NCBI RefSeq assembly: GCF_027587175.1
Contig: NZ_JAPCID010000029.1
Location: 46,597 to 70,596, forward strand
DNA length: 24,000 nt
Source: Solirubrobacter deserti
GTDB lineage: Bacteria; Actinomycetota; Thermoleophilia; Solirubrobacterales; Solirubrobacteraceae
Reading direction: 5' to 3'
Every line of letters starts with the position of its first letter. Position 1 is the stretch's first letter. The notes beneath the pieces were generated by a model, which was not told where the DNA came from, ran no database searches, and saw only the letters and a program-made list of their open reading frames with translations. The translations under genes and the position numbers were made by a program. Of this stretch, positions 13,015 through 21,914 are shown one piece after another.

Positions 13015-14538
13015 ATGAGCACGCTCGTGGGCATGCAGCTCAGTGGCCGGTACCGGCTCGACGCCCAGATCGGCGCGGGAGGGATGTCGACGGTCTATCG
13101 GGCGTTCGACATCAACCTCGAGCGGCGGGTCGCGATCAAGCTCCTGCACCGGGAGATGGCCAGCGACTCCGACCAGCTGGAGCGCTTCCGCCGCGAGGCG
13201 CGCGCCGTCGCGCAGCTCTCGCACCCGCACATCGTCGGCGTGATCGACACCGGCGAGGACGAGAACCGGCCCTACATCGTCTTCGAGTACGTCGAGGGCG
13301 AGACGCTCAAGGATCGCATCCGGCGGCTCGGCCGCCTGCCCGTGGACGAGTCGCTGGCGTACGCGATCGAGATCGCCCGCGCGCTCGGGTCCGCGCACGC
13401 GCACGACATCGTGCACCGCGACGTCAAGCCACAGAACGTGCTGCTCGACGCCGAGGGCTCGGCCAAGGTCACCGACTTCGGGATCGCCCGCTCGTTGCGC
13501 GACGACGGCCTCACGGCCGACGGACGCGTGCTCGGCACGACCGACTACGTCTCACCCGAGCAGGCGCTCGGCCACGACGTGGACGGCCAGTCCGACATCT
13601 ACTCGCTCGGCGTCGTGCTGTTCGAGATGCTCACCGGCGACGTCCCGTTCCACGGCGAGAACCAGATCGCCGTCGCCATGAAGCACGTTCGCGAGGACCT
13701 GCCGGACATCCAGGCGCTGCGGCCGGAGGTCTCGGCCACGACGGCCGCGGTCCTGGACCGCATGACCGACAAGGACCTCGCGCACCGCTACCCCGACGTC
13801 CCCGCGCTGGTCGCCGACCTCGAGGAGGCGCTGGCGATCGAGGCCGCCCGCTCGGGCACCTCGACGGGCGAGGCCACCGCCGTCATCCGCACGCTGCCCG
13901 CCCGCACGCAGCGCCGGCTGCCGTTCCGCATGCGCCACTCGATCCCGCTGCTGGCGGTGATCGCGATGGTCGGCGTGGGCGTGGCGCTGATCGCGATCCT
14001 GGCCAAGGAGGGCGTCGAGCGCACCGACTCGGGCACGGGCCCGGGGCGCGTCTCGACCCCGACGCCGCAGGGCGAGCGGATCGTGTCCGTCAAGAGCGGG
14101 TCCCCGCGGGACTACGACCCGCTCGGCGACGACGAGGAGCACGCCGAGGAGCGCACCCGCGTCGTGGACCGCGACCCCGGCACGGCCTGGTCGACCGAGA
14201 GCTACCAGGCCGGGATCCAAGGCGCGGGCAAGGCGGGCGTCGGCATCTACATCGACGCCCGGCCCAAGGTCGAGGCGGTCTCGCTCCAGCTCGAGACGCC
14301 CGACCCGGGCTTCAAGGTGACGATCTACGCCGCGCCGCCCGGCTCCGTGCCCGACACGGTGCCCGACGGCTGGAAGAAGGTCGGGGGCGGCACCGTGAAC
14401 GCCAAGGACAAGACCTTCAAGCTCGACACCGACGGCACCGCCTACCGCTACTACCTCGTCTGGATCACCGAGCTCGCCGAGGGCGCGTCCGACGCCCAGA
14501 TCTCCGAGATCCGGCTGTCCCAGAAGGTCCCGGCCTAA
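13015..14538 (+). CDS. Hanks-type Ser/Thr protein kinase with one TM segment and a C-terminal discoidin (F5/8 type C)-like extracellular domain
   Basis: 507 aa. GAGGMSTVYRA...VAIKLL, HRDVKPQN, KVTDFGIA, TDYVSPEQ kinase motifs. TM segment IPLLAVIAMVGVGVALIAIL. C-terminal DRDPGTAWSTESY...GVGIYIDA...YRYYLVWITEL...ISEIRL resembles discoidin/CBM-like beta-sandwich domains. Confidence 0.85.
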   Translation: MSTLVGMQLSGRYRLDAQIGAGGMSTVYRAFDINLERRVAIKLLHREMASDSDQLERFRREARAVAQLSHPHIVGVIDTGEDENRPYIVFEYVEGETLKDRIRRLGRLPVDESLAYAIEIARALGSAHAHDIVHRDVKPQNVLLDAEGSAKVTDFGIARSLRDDGLTADGRVLGTTDYVSPEQALGHDVDGQSDIYSLGVVLFEMLTGDVPFHGENQIAVAMKHVREDLPDIQALRPEVSATTAAVLDRMTDKDLAHRYPDVPALVADLEEALAIEAARSGTSTGEATAVIRTLPARTQRRLPFRMRHSIPLLAVIAMVGVGVALIAILAKEGVERTDSGTGPGRVSTPTPQGERIVSVKSGSPRDYDPLGDDEEHAEERTRVVDRDPGTAWSTESYQAGIQGAGKAGVGIYIDARPKVEAVSLQLETPDPGFKVTIYAAPPGSVPDTVPDGWKKVGGGTVNAKDKTFKLDTDGTAYRYYLVWITELAEGASDAQISEIRLSQKVPA

Positions 14539-14545
14539 GGGAAGT

Positions 14546-14561
14546 GAGGGGACATCCCCTC
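14546..14561. terminator. Short GC hairpin between convergent kinase and ddl genes (possible bidirectional terminator)
   Basis: GAGGGG-ACAT-CCCCTC at 14546-14561, in the 49-nt convergent gap. No clear U-tract. Confidence 0.35.
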
Positions 14562-14587
14562 CACCCCACCCCGATCATCCGACTTCA

Positions 14588-15580
14588 CTAGAAGGCGACG
14601 GAGCGCTCGGCCTCGAAGCGCTCCACGGCCAGCGCGATCAGGCGGTCGCACAGCTGCGGGAACGGCAGCCCGGACGCCTCCCACAGCTTCGGGTACACGC
14701 TCGTCTTGGTGAAGCCGGGCATCGTGTTGAGCTCGTTGACCAGCACCCGCTCGCCGTCCTCGACGAAGAAGTCCACGCGGGCCAGCCCGGCGCAGCCGAC
14801 GCGCACGAACGTCTCCACGGCCAGCCGGCGGACCTCCTCGAGCACGGGCTCGGGCAGCCGCGCGGGGACGACGAGCTCCATGCCGCCGTCGGTGTACTTG
14901 GCCTCGTAGTCGTACCAGTCGGCGCCGCTGGTGAGCACGATCTCGCCCGGGACCGACGCCTCGGGCGAGGCGCCGAAGCCGAGCACGGAGCACTCCACCT
15001 CCAGCCCGGGCGAGAAGCCCTCGACGATCACGAGGCTGTCGTGGGCGAAGGCGCCGTCGAGCGCGGGGCCGAGCTCGTCGGCGGTGCGCACCTTCGCGAT
15101 GCCGACGGAGGAACCCAGCCGCGCCGGCTTGACGAACACGGGCAGCCCGAGCGCCGCCAGCTCCTCCAGGACGGCTTCCGGCTCGGCGCGCCAGCGCGGC
15201 TCGCGCAGGCCGGCGTACGGGACCTGCGGCACGACGCCCGCCAGCACGTCCTTGAAGACGACCTTGTCCATGCACAGCGAGCTCGCCAGCACCCCCGCGC
15301 CGACGTAGGGCACGTCCAGGAGCTCGAGCAGGCCCTGCAACGTGCCGTCCTCCCCGAAGGGGCCGTGAAGGACGGGAAAGACGACGTCGGCGCCGAGCAG
15401 CCCGCCGCCGGGCTTGAGCGACAGTGTCTGGCCCTCGTGGATCCAGTCTCCGTCGCGCTCGATCGTGACCGGTACGACCTCGTGACCGGCGGCGGCGATG
15501 CCGCCGCGCACGGCCGCGGCGGAGCTCAGGGAAACGTCATGCTCGGAGGACCGGCCGCCGGCGAGGACAGCCACCCTCAT
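14588..15580 (-). CDS. ddl: D-alanine--D-alanine ligase
   Basis: 330 aa. MRVAVLAGGRSSEHDVSLSS...VFPVLHGPFGEDGTLQGLLELLDVPYVG...KPARLGSSVGI...EVECSVLG...ARVDFF...VNELNTMPGFT are canonical Ddl ATP-grasp motifs. ATGA overlap with the pknB stop. Confidence 0.93.
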   Translation of the reverse strand: MRVAVLAGGRSSEHDVSLSSAAAVRGGIAAAGHEVVPVTIERDGDWIHEGQTLSLKPGGGLLGADVVFPVLHGPFGEDGTLQGLLELLDVPYVGAGVLASSLCMDKVVFKDVLAGVVPQVPYAGLREPRWRAEPEAVLEELAALGLPVFVKPARLGSSVGIAKVRTADELGPALDGAFAHDSLVIVEGFSPGLEVECSVLGFGASPEASVPGEIVLTSGADWYDYEAKYTDGGMELVVPARLPEPVLEEVRRLAVETFVRVGCAGLARVDFFVEDGERVLVNELNTMPGFTKTSVYPKLWEASGLPFPQLCDRLIALAVERFEAERSVAF

Positions 15581-17376
15581 GGTGTTGGGGTCGCCGTGGG
15601 CGCGGCGTTGGGGTCAGGCACGATGGCAATGGTGACCGTGCCACCGGTCGAACGCCGGGTCCCGGCCTCCGGCGACTGCCCGATCACGCGGCCGACCAGT
15701 GTGGGATCGCCCGGCCGCTCGGTCGTCTTGACCCGGTAGCCGGCGTCCTCGAGCGTCTGCGTCGCCTCTTCGATCGTCGGGTTGCCGGTCGTCACGTCGG
15801 GGATCTGCGGGCGCTCCTTGGCCACGACCAGCGTCACCGTCGTCCCCGGCGGGACGTTCTCGTTCGCCGCCGGGTTCTGCTCGAGCACGGTGCCGGGCGG
15901 CTCCGAGCTCTCGCGCTCCTCGACGTCGGTCCCCAGCCCGACGCCCTGCAACACGGTGTTGGCGCCCTCGGCGGTGTTGCCGACCACGCCCGGGACGATC
16001 ACGAGCTGCTGCCCACGGCTGACCGTGAGCGTGATCGTGCGCCCCTTGGTCGCCTGGCGGCCCGCGGGCGGCGAGGTGCTGATCACGTCGCCCTCGGCGA
16101 CACCGTCGGAGTACTCGCGCTCGACCTTGGTCTTGAAGCCCGCGTCGCGCAGCGTCTGCTGCGCGTCGGCCTGCGACTGACCGGCCACGTCCGGCACCGC
16201 CGTGGTGCCCGGGCCCGCGGACACGCGCACCTCCACGACCGTGCCCTCGCGCACCTCGTCGCCGGCCTCCGGGTTCTGGGAGATCACCTCGTTGCGGGGG
16301 ACGTCGTCGTCGACCACGTCCTCGAAGTCGGGCTCGAGCCCGCGCCGCTGCAGGATGTCGGCGACCTCCTCGGCGTCGCGGCCGACGAGGTTGGGCACCG
16401 TCACGCGGTTGCCCGCCAGCAACAGGTACGCGCCGACGGCCAGCGCGGCGATCAGGACGAGCGCGCCGAGCGCCCACAGCCAGCCGCGGGAGCGCTCAAG
16501 CTCCTCCTCGACGGGCGCCGGCGGGACGTGGTCGACGACCACCTGCCGCGTCGGGGCGCGGCGCGCCTGCTCGAGCGCGGCGACGAACTCCTCCGCGCTC
16601 TGGAAGCGCCGGTTCGGGTCCTTCTCCAGCGCGCGCATCACGACGGCCTCGAGCGCCGGCGGGATGCCCGGGCGCAGCTGGCCCGGCGGGACCGGCAGCT
16701 CGTTGACGTGTTTGAGCGCGACCGACACCGGCGCCTCGCCGTCGAACGGCACCCGGCCGGTGAGCAGCTCGTAGAGCACGATCCCGGTCGAGTAGAGGTC
16801 CGAGCGCCGGTCGACGGGCATGCCGTTGGCCTGCTCGGGCGAGAGGTACTGGACCGTGCCGACGATCGAGCCGGTCTGCGTCATCTCCGAGTTGCCGGCG
16901 CGCGCGATCCCGAAGTCGGCGACCTTCGCCTGGCCCTCGGGGTCGAGGATGACGTTCTGGGGCTTGACGTCGCGGTGGACGATCCCGCGCCGGTGCGCGT
17001 AGCCGAGCGCCCGCAGCAGCTGCTCGGTCAGCCCGACCGCGATGTGCGGCGGCAGCGGGCCGCGCTGCTGGACGACCTCCTTGAGCGTCTGCCCGTCCAC
17101 CAACTCCATCGCGATGTAGGGCGTCCCGTCCCACTCGGAGCGGTCGAAGATGCCGACGATGTTCGGGTGCGTGAGCGAGGCGGCGGCCTGCGCCTCGCGC
17201 CGGAAGCGCTCCTGGAACTCCGGGTCCTCGGCGAAGCGCGACCCGAGCAGCTTGAGCGCGACCCGCCGCCCGAGCACCTCGTCCTGCGCGCACCAGACCT
17301 CGGCCATGCCGCCGGCGCCCAGGCGCTTGAGCACCCGGTAGCGGCCGTCGACGATGGTGTCAGGGGCGACGTGCAC
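15577..17376 (-). CDS. pknB: PASTA-domain Ser/Thr protein kinase PknB
   Basis: 599 aa from GTG 17376. Kinase motifs (GAGGMAEVW, HRDVKPQN, KVADFGIA, VQYLSPEQ), TM segment WLWALGALVLIAALAVGAYLLLA, then four PASTA-like repeats (VPNLVGR.., VPDVAGQ.., VPGVVGN.., IPDVTTG..). Confidence 0.92.
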   Translation of the reverse strand: MHVAPDTIVDGRYRVLKRLGAGGMAEVWCAQDEVLGRRVALKLLGSRFAEDPEFQERFRREAQAAASLTHPNIVGIFDRSEWDGTPYIAMELVDGQTLKEVVQQRGPLPPHIAVGLTEQLLRALGYAHRRGIVHRDVKPQNVILDPEGQAKVADFGIARAGNSEMTQTGSIVGTVQYLSPEQANGMPVDRRSDLYSTGIVLYELLTGRVPFDGEAPVSVALKHVNELPVPPGQLRPGIPPALEAVVMRALEKDPNRRFQSAEEFVAALEQARRAPTRQVVVDHVPPAPVEEELERSRGWLWALGALVLIAALAVGAYLLLAGNRVTVPNLVGRDAEEVADILQRRGLEPDFEDVVDDDVPRNEVISQNPEAGDEVREGTVVEVRVSAGPGTTAVPDVAGQSQADAQQTLRDAGFKTKVEREYSDGVAEGDVISTSPPAGRQATKGRTITLTVSRGQQLVIVPGVVGNTAEGANTVLQGVGLGTDVEERESSEPPGTVLEQNPAANENVPPGTTVTLVVAKERPQIPDVTTGNPTIEEATQTLEDAGYRVKTTERPGDPTLVGRVIGQSPEAGTRRSTGGTVTIAIVPDPNAAPTATPTP

Positions 17377-17379
17377 GGC

Positions 17380-18768
17380 TCACTGACCCAGGGCTTGGAG
17401 GACCTGCTTGGCGATCGGGGCCGCGACCGTGCCGCCCTGGCCCCGCTCGCGCTCGATGATCACGGCCACGGCGACGTCCTCGGTGAAGCCGATGAACCAC
17501 AGGTCGTTGATGCCCTGCTCGATGTTGATCTCGGCCGTGCCGGTCTTGCCCGCGACGGTGACGCCTTCCAGCGCCGCGGCCGTGCCGGAGCCCTCGCGCA
17601 CCACGGAGCGCATCATCGTCGCGACCTTCTCGGCGCTGTCGCGGGACATCACACGCTCGGCCTGCTCGGGCATCGGCTCGTCGACCGTGCGCCCGTCCGG
17701 GTCGATGACGCGCTGCACGAGCCGCGGCTCCATCCGCACGCCGCCGTTGCCGATCGTCTGCGCGACGGTCGCCATCTGCAGCGGCGTGACCAGCAGCAGG
17801 CCCTGCCCGATCGCGGTGCGCCCGACGTCCACCCGGTCCGAGCGCATCGGCAGGATCTCGTTGCGCTCGGTGTCCCGCGGACCGCTGGAGAACATCTGCG
17901 TGTCCGGGTAGTCCATCGGCGGCTTCTCCCCGAAGCCGAAGCGATCCATGTACTCCTGCATGCGCTCGCGCCCGAGCTTGACGCCGACGTCCGCCCACAC
18001 CGTGTTGACGGAGTTGGTGAGGGCCTCGGTGAGCGTGATGTCGCCATAGCTCTGCTGCTGGAAGTTGTTCAGCGGCGTCCCCGAGATCACCTTCCCGTTG
18101 CGACCGTTCACCCGCGACTCGGGCTGGTAGCGGCCGGAGTCGATCGCCGCCGTGGCCGTGACGGTCTTGAACGTCGAGCCGGGCGGATACAGGCCCTGGG
18201 TGGCGCGGTTGAACGTGCTCTCGGCCTCCTGCGGCTTGTCCGGGTCGAACGACGGCGTGCCCGCCATGACCTTCACGGACCCGTCGCGGACGCCGAGCGC
18301 GACGACCGCGCCCTTGTGCCCCTGCAGCAGGTCGTAGGCCAGCTCCTGCGCGCGCGGGACGAGCGTGGTCTGCAGGTCGTCGCCGATCTGCGGCTCGGTG
18401 ATCAGCGAGTCCACGAGGCTCGTGAGCTCCTCCTTGCGGCCGACGAGCGCGTCGTTGTAGTACGCCTCCAGGCCCTGGCGGCCGAAGCGCACGTTGTCGA
18501 AGCCGATCGGCAGCGCGAACAGGCGTCCCGTGGGGTAGCGGCGACCGTAGCGGTCGCCTGACAGGCGCGTGCTGCCGGCCAGCACGTCCCCGTTGGCCGC
18601 GCGGATCACGCCGCGCTTGATGCGCTGCTCCTCGATCCGCACGCGCGCGTTCTTCGGGTTCTCGCGCAGCTGCTGCTCACCGAACACCGCCCAGCGGGAC
18701 GTGAAGCCGATCAGCACCGCGAACAGCAACAGGAAGACCATGAAGAGGCGGTAGATCGGGACGTTCAT
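17380..18768 (-). CDS. pbpA: Class B penicillin-binding protein PbpA (transpeptidase)
   Basis: 462 aa. N-terminal TM segment, STFK active-site motif (PPGSTFKTVTA), SVN (TNSVNTVW), KTGTA. Position after rodA as in the actinobacterial pstP-rodA-pbpA-pknB locus. Confidence 0.9.
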   Translation of the reverse strand: MNVPIYRLFMVFLLLFAVLIGFTSRWAVFGEQQLRENPKNARVRIEEQRIKRGVIRAANGDVLAGSTRLSGDRYGRRYPTGRLFALPIGFDNVRFGRQGLEAYYNDALVGRKEELTSLVDSLITEPQIGDDLQTTLVPRAQELAYDLLQGHKGAVVALGVRDGSVKVMAGTPSFDPDKPQEAESTFNRATQGLYPPGSTFKTVTATAAIDSGRYQPESRVNGRNGKVISGTPLNNFQQQSYGDITLTEALTNSVNTVWADVGVKLGRERMQEYMDRFGFGEKPPMDYPDTQMFSSGPRDTERNEILPMRSDRVDVGRTAIGQGLLLVTPLQMATVAQTIGNGGVRMEPRLVQRVIDPDGRTVDEPMPEQAERVMSRDSAEKVATMMRSVVREGSGTAAALEGVTVAGKTGTAEINIEQGINDLWFIGFTEDVAVAVIIERERGQGGTVAAPIAKQVLQALGQ

Positions 18769-20063
18769 GCGGGCCTGCGCGCTCGGTTGGAGATCAGCAG
18801 CAGCAGCGCCAGCAGGATGAAGTTCGCGACGATCGAGGATCCGCCGTAGCTCACGAAGGGAAGGGTGACGCCCGTGAGCGGGATCACGCGCGTGACGCCG
18901 CCCACGATCACGAACACCTGCAGCGCCATGACGGCCGTCAGGCCAGTCGCCAGCAGCTTGGAGAAGCTGTCGGTCGCGAGCGTGGCGATCTTGAAGCCGC
19001 GCTCGGCGATCAGCAGGTAGGTGGCGATCACGCCCGCGCCGCCGAGCAGGCCGAGGTCGTTGACGATGACGGCGAAGATCATGTCCGTCTCCGGCGCCGG
19101 GATCAGCGGCCCGCCGTCGGGCACGCGCAGGACGGCGGCGCCGAGGCCGCGGCCGAAGAGCCCGCCGTCCGCCATCGCGAACATGCCGTTGGCGATCTGG
19201 TACGAGCCGCCCGGCTGGTCATACAGGCCGGGCGCGAACGGGTTCAGCCAGACGTCGATGCGGTCCTGCACGTGGCCGACCGTCGAGGAGAAGAACCATG
19301 CGCCGGCCGCGAACATCAGCAGCCCGATGACCACGAAGCTGAGCCGGTTGGTGGCCACGTACAGCAGCGCCAGGAACGCGCCGAAGTACATCAGCGACGA
19401 GCCGAGATCGCGGATGAACACGAGCATGAACATCGCCGCGCCCCAGACCACGAGCAGCGGGCCGAGGTGCTTGAGCGGTGGGATCGTCACGCCCAGGATG
19501 CGTCGCGAGCCCTGCACCAGCACGCGCCGCGTGTCCTGCAGGTAGGCGGCGAGGAAGATGACGATCGCGATCTTGCCCAGCTCGGAGGGCTGGAACGAGA
19601 TCGGGCCGATGCGCACGCCCAGGTACGCCCCGTTGACCTGCTCGCCGATGCCCGGCACGCGCGGGAGCAGCAACAGCAGCAGGCCGGCGAACGCGATCGT
19701 GTAGCGGTAGCGCTCCAGCAACCGGAAGTCGCGCAACAGGAAGATCGTGAGCGCGAACGCGATCAGGCCGATCACGAACCACTGCGCCTGGACGCGCGCG
19801 AGGTCCTCGTCGATCCGGTAGATGACGACCAGCCCGAAGCACGCAAGGACCGCGACCAGCGGGAACAGGTACGGGTCCGCGTACGGCAGCGTGAAGCGGA
19901 TCACGAGGTGCGCGACGAAGCACAGCCCGAGGAACATCCCGCCGTACGTCAGCGAGACGTTCGAGAGCAGCTCGTTGCGCTGGATGAAGATCGCGGCGAA
20001 CCCGGCGGTGAGAAGCAGGGACGCCGGGATCAGCGCCATCAGCTCGCGGTTGCGGGCCGACAT
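18765..20063 (-). CDS. rodA: SEDS-family peptidoglycan polymerase RodA/FtsW
   Basis: 432 aa polytopic membrane protein with SEDS motifs (QPSELGKI, PETDMIFAVI, GVTLPFVSYGGSS). ATGA overlap with pbpA. Confidence 0.9.
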   Translation of the reverse strand: MSARNRELMALIPASLLLTAGFAAIFIQRNELLSNVSLTYGGMFLGLCFVAHLVIRFTLPYADPYLFPLVAVLACFGLVVIYRIDEDLARVQAQWFVIGLIAFALTIFLLRDFRLLERYRYTIAFAGLLLLLLPRVPGIGEQVNGAYLGVRIGPISFQPSELGKIAIVIFLAAYLQDTRRVLVQGSRRILGVTIPPLKHLGPLLVVWGAAMFMLVFIRDLGSSLMYFGAFLALLYVATNRLSFVVIGLLMFAAGAWFFSSTVGHVQDRIDVWLNPFAPGLYDQPGGSYQIANGMFAMADGGLFGRGLGAAVLRVPDGGPLIPAPETDMIFAVIVNDLGLLGGAGVIATYLLIAERGFKIATLATDSFSKLLATGLTAVMALQVFVIVGGVTRVIPLTGVTLPFVSYGGSSIVANFILLALLLLISNRARRPA

Positions 20064-21419
20064 CTAGGAGATGCGGCCTTCTTCGAGGGCTCTGACCAAC
20101 CCCTCGGCGTCGTCCTTGGAGCGCAGCTTGTGGTCGGTGAAGGTGGAACGACGGCGCGCAGGGACGCTCTGGAGGGTCACCCCGGAGTGCTTGACCGGCT
20201 GATAGAGCTCGATGCCGAGCGGGAGTTCGTACGGCAGGCCGTGGTAGAGCGTCACCACGTTCCCCCGGGTGTCGTCGACGCCGACGAAGTACACCTGTCG
20301 CGTCGCGAGCCAGAAGGCGGCGAGCAGGCCGACCAGGCTTCCGAACGCGATCAGCTTCCCGGGCGAGAAGAGCCGGCGGACGCCTCGGCGGCGCGGCGCT
20401 GCGGGCCGGCGAGGCGGCGCGTGGGTGCGTGCCTCCTCGTCTTCGATGAGCTGCGCGCGCGGGCGCACCGCGGACAGCGCGACGGTGCCGGAGGCGCGGT
20501 ACTCCGCCTCGGCCTCGTCGGAGGCGCGGCCGCGGACGGCGTCGGTGCCGCGCGTGTGGCCGGTCGGCCGGCTCACGCCCTGGCGCGGCTCGACGGCCTC
20601 GCCGGCGAACGTCTGGTACTCGCTGGTGTCGCCCTCGCCGTCGTCCTCCGGGATCTCGTACGCCTCGGTCGGCGTGTCCAGCGCCGAGGACACCGGCGCG
20701 TCCACTTCTTCGAGCCGGAACAGGATCACCGTGATGTTGTCGCGCCCGCCGTTGGCGTTGGCGGCGGCGATCAGGGAACGGCCGAGGTCGGCGAGCGGAC
20801 GATCGTCGCCGACCAGCATCGGCTTGAGGTCGGGCTCGCGCACCATCGCCGTCAGCCCGTCCGAGCACAGCAGGAACAGGTCGCCGGCCTGGGCGCGCTC
20901 CTCGAACACGTCCACCTGGACGTCGGGCTCCGGGCCGAGCGCGCGCGTGATCACGGAGCGCTGCGGGTGCGTCTCGGCCTGGTCCGGCGTGAGCTTGCCG
21001 CGCTTGATGAGTTCCTCGACGAGCGAGTGGTCCTCGGTCAGCCGCGTCAGCTCGCCGTCGCGCGCCACGTAGCAGCGCGAGTCGCCGACGTGGGCGATCG
21101 TGACCACGTTCTCGCCCACGTGCGCGGCGGTCACCGTCGTCCCCATCCCGGCCCGCCCGGACTGCGTGCGCGAGCGCTCGTGGATGTGCCGGTTCGCCTC
21201 CTCGATGATGTGCCGCAGCCCCGGGCCGGGCGCGGTGCCGTCCGGCAACCCGCCCGTGAAGGACTCGACCGCCATCTCCGACGCGACCTCGCCCGCCTGC
21301 GCGCCGCCCATGCCGTCGGCGACGACGAACAGCGGGGCGCGCACGAAGTAGTTGTCCTCGTTGCCCTGCCGTTGCAGGCCGAGGTCGGACCCGTGCCAGT
21401 GCTCAGAGATTCTCAGCAT
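20064..21419 (-). CDS. pstP: PP2C-family Ser/Thr phosphatase PstP (membrane-anchored)
   Basis: 451 aa. NEDNYFV...FVVADGMGGAQAGEVAS...LLCSDGL...GGRDNITV PP2C motifs, a linker, a TM segment (LIAFGSLVGLLAAFWLA) and a small extracytoplasmic C-terminal domain. Confidence 0.9.
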   Translation of the reverse strand: MLRISEHWHGSDLGLQRQGNEDNYFVRAPLFVVADGMGGAQAGEVASEMAVESFTGGLPDGTAPGPGLRHIIEEANRHIHERSRTQSGRAGMGTTVTAAHVGENVVTIAHVGDSRCYVARDGELTRLTEDHSLVEELIKRGKLTPDQAETHPQRSVITRALGPEPDVQVDVFEERAQAGDLFLLCSDGLTAMVREPDLKPMLVGDDRPLADLGRSLIAAANANGGRDNITVILFRLEEVDAPVSSALDTPTEAYEIPEDDGEGDTSEYQTFAGEAVEPRQGVSRPTGHTRGTDAVRGRASDEAEAEYRASGTVALSAVRPRAQLIEDEEARTHAPPRRPAAPRRRGVRRLFSPGKLIAFGSLVGLLAAFWLATRQVYFVGVDDTRGNVVTLYHGLPYELPLGIELYQPVKHSGVTLQSVPARRRSTFTDHKLRSKDDAEGLVRALEEGRIS

Positions 21420-21911
21420 CTACCGCTCGAAGGAGAACTCGCTGTCGCCGATCCGGATCATGTCGCCCGGGTGCAGGGGCTGTGCTCCGCGCAGCGGCTC
21501 ACCGTTGAGATACGTGCCGTTCGTGGAGCCGAGATCCTCCAAGACCATCACATCCCCCTGTGGGACGAGGCGTGCGTGCTGTGAGGACGCGAACCCGTCC
21601 TCGAGCCGGATGTCGGCCTGGTCTCCGCGCCCCAGCAAGGCTCCCTCGGTGAGATCATAGGCGGAGCCCGCCGCGAGCCCCGCCGCCGTGCGCACCCGCA
21701 GCTTGGGACGCCCGCGCTGCGGCGGTGTCGACGGCGCCGACGCGGAGTGCATGCCGGTCGCGCCCTCGACGTCCGCGCTCGGACCCGTGTACGCCGCCTC
21801 CGTCCCGCGCCGCAGGTCCTTGAGCGCGGAGCGCGCGACCCACAGCAGGAACAGGTACAGCACGGCGAGGAAGCCGAACTTGAGCGCGACGGAGACCGGT
21901 TCCAGTTCCAT
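21420..21911 (-). CDS. fhaB: FHA-domain protein FhaB/FipA (N-terminal TM plus C-terminal FHA)
   Basis: 163 aa. TM segment ALKFGFLAVLYLFLLWV. FHA motifs GRGDQADIRLEDGFASSQHARL...LEDLGSTNGTYLNGEPL. Confidence 0.85.
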   Translation of the reverse strand: MELEPVSVALKFGFLAVLYLFLLWVARSALKDLRRGTEAAYTGPSADVEGATGMHSASAPSTPPQRGRPKLRVRTAAGLAAGSAYDLTEGALLGRGDQADIRLEDGFASSQHARLVPQGDVMVLEDLGSTNGTYLNGEPLRGAQPLHPGDMIRIGDSEFSFER

Positions 21912-21914
21912 CCG

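Noticed and set aside
12930-14591. 553-aa plus-strand ORF overlapping the Ser/Thr kinase gene in another frame.
   Set aside because: It is an Arg/Gly/Pro/Asp-rich off-frame artefact. The 13015-14538 frame carries all the Hanks kinase motifs.
16528-18561. 677-aa plus-strand ORF antisense to pknB/pbpA. The similar long ORFs at 19272-21584 (+), 19219-20868 (-), 15614-16477 (-) and 16496-17293 (-) belong to the same category.
   Set aside because: They are Arg/Ala/Gly/Pro/Asp-rich, low-complexity translations typical of off-frame or antisense reading of 70% GC DNA. Each fully overlaps a gene with unmistakable family motifs (PknB, PbpA, RodA, PstP), and stop codons are simply rare in these frames.
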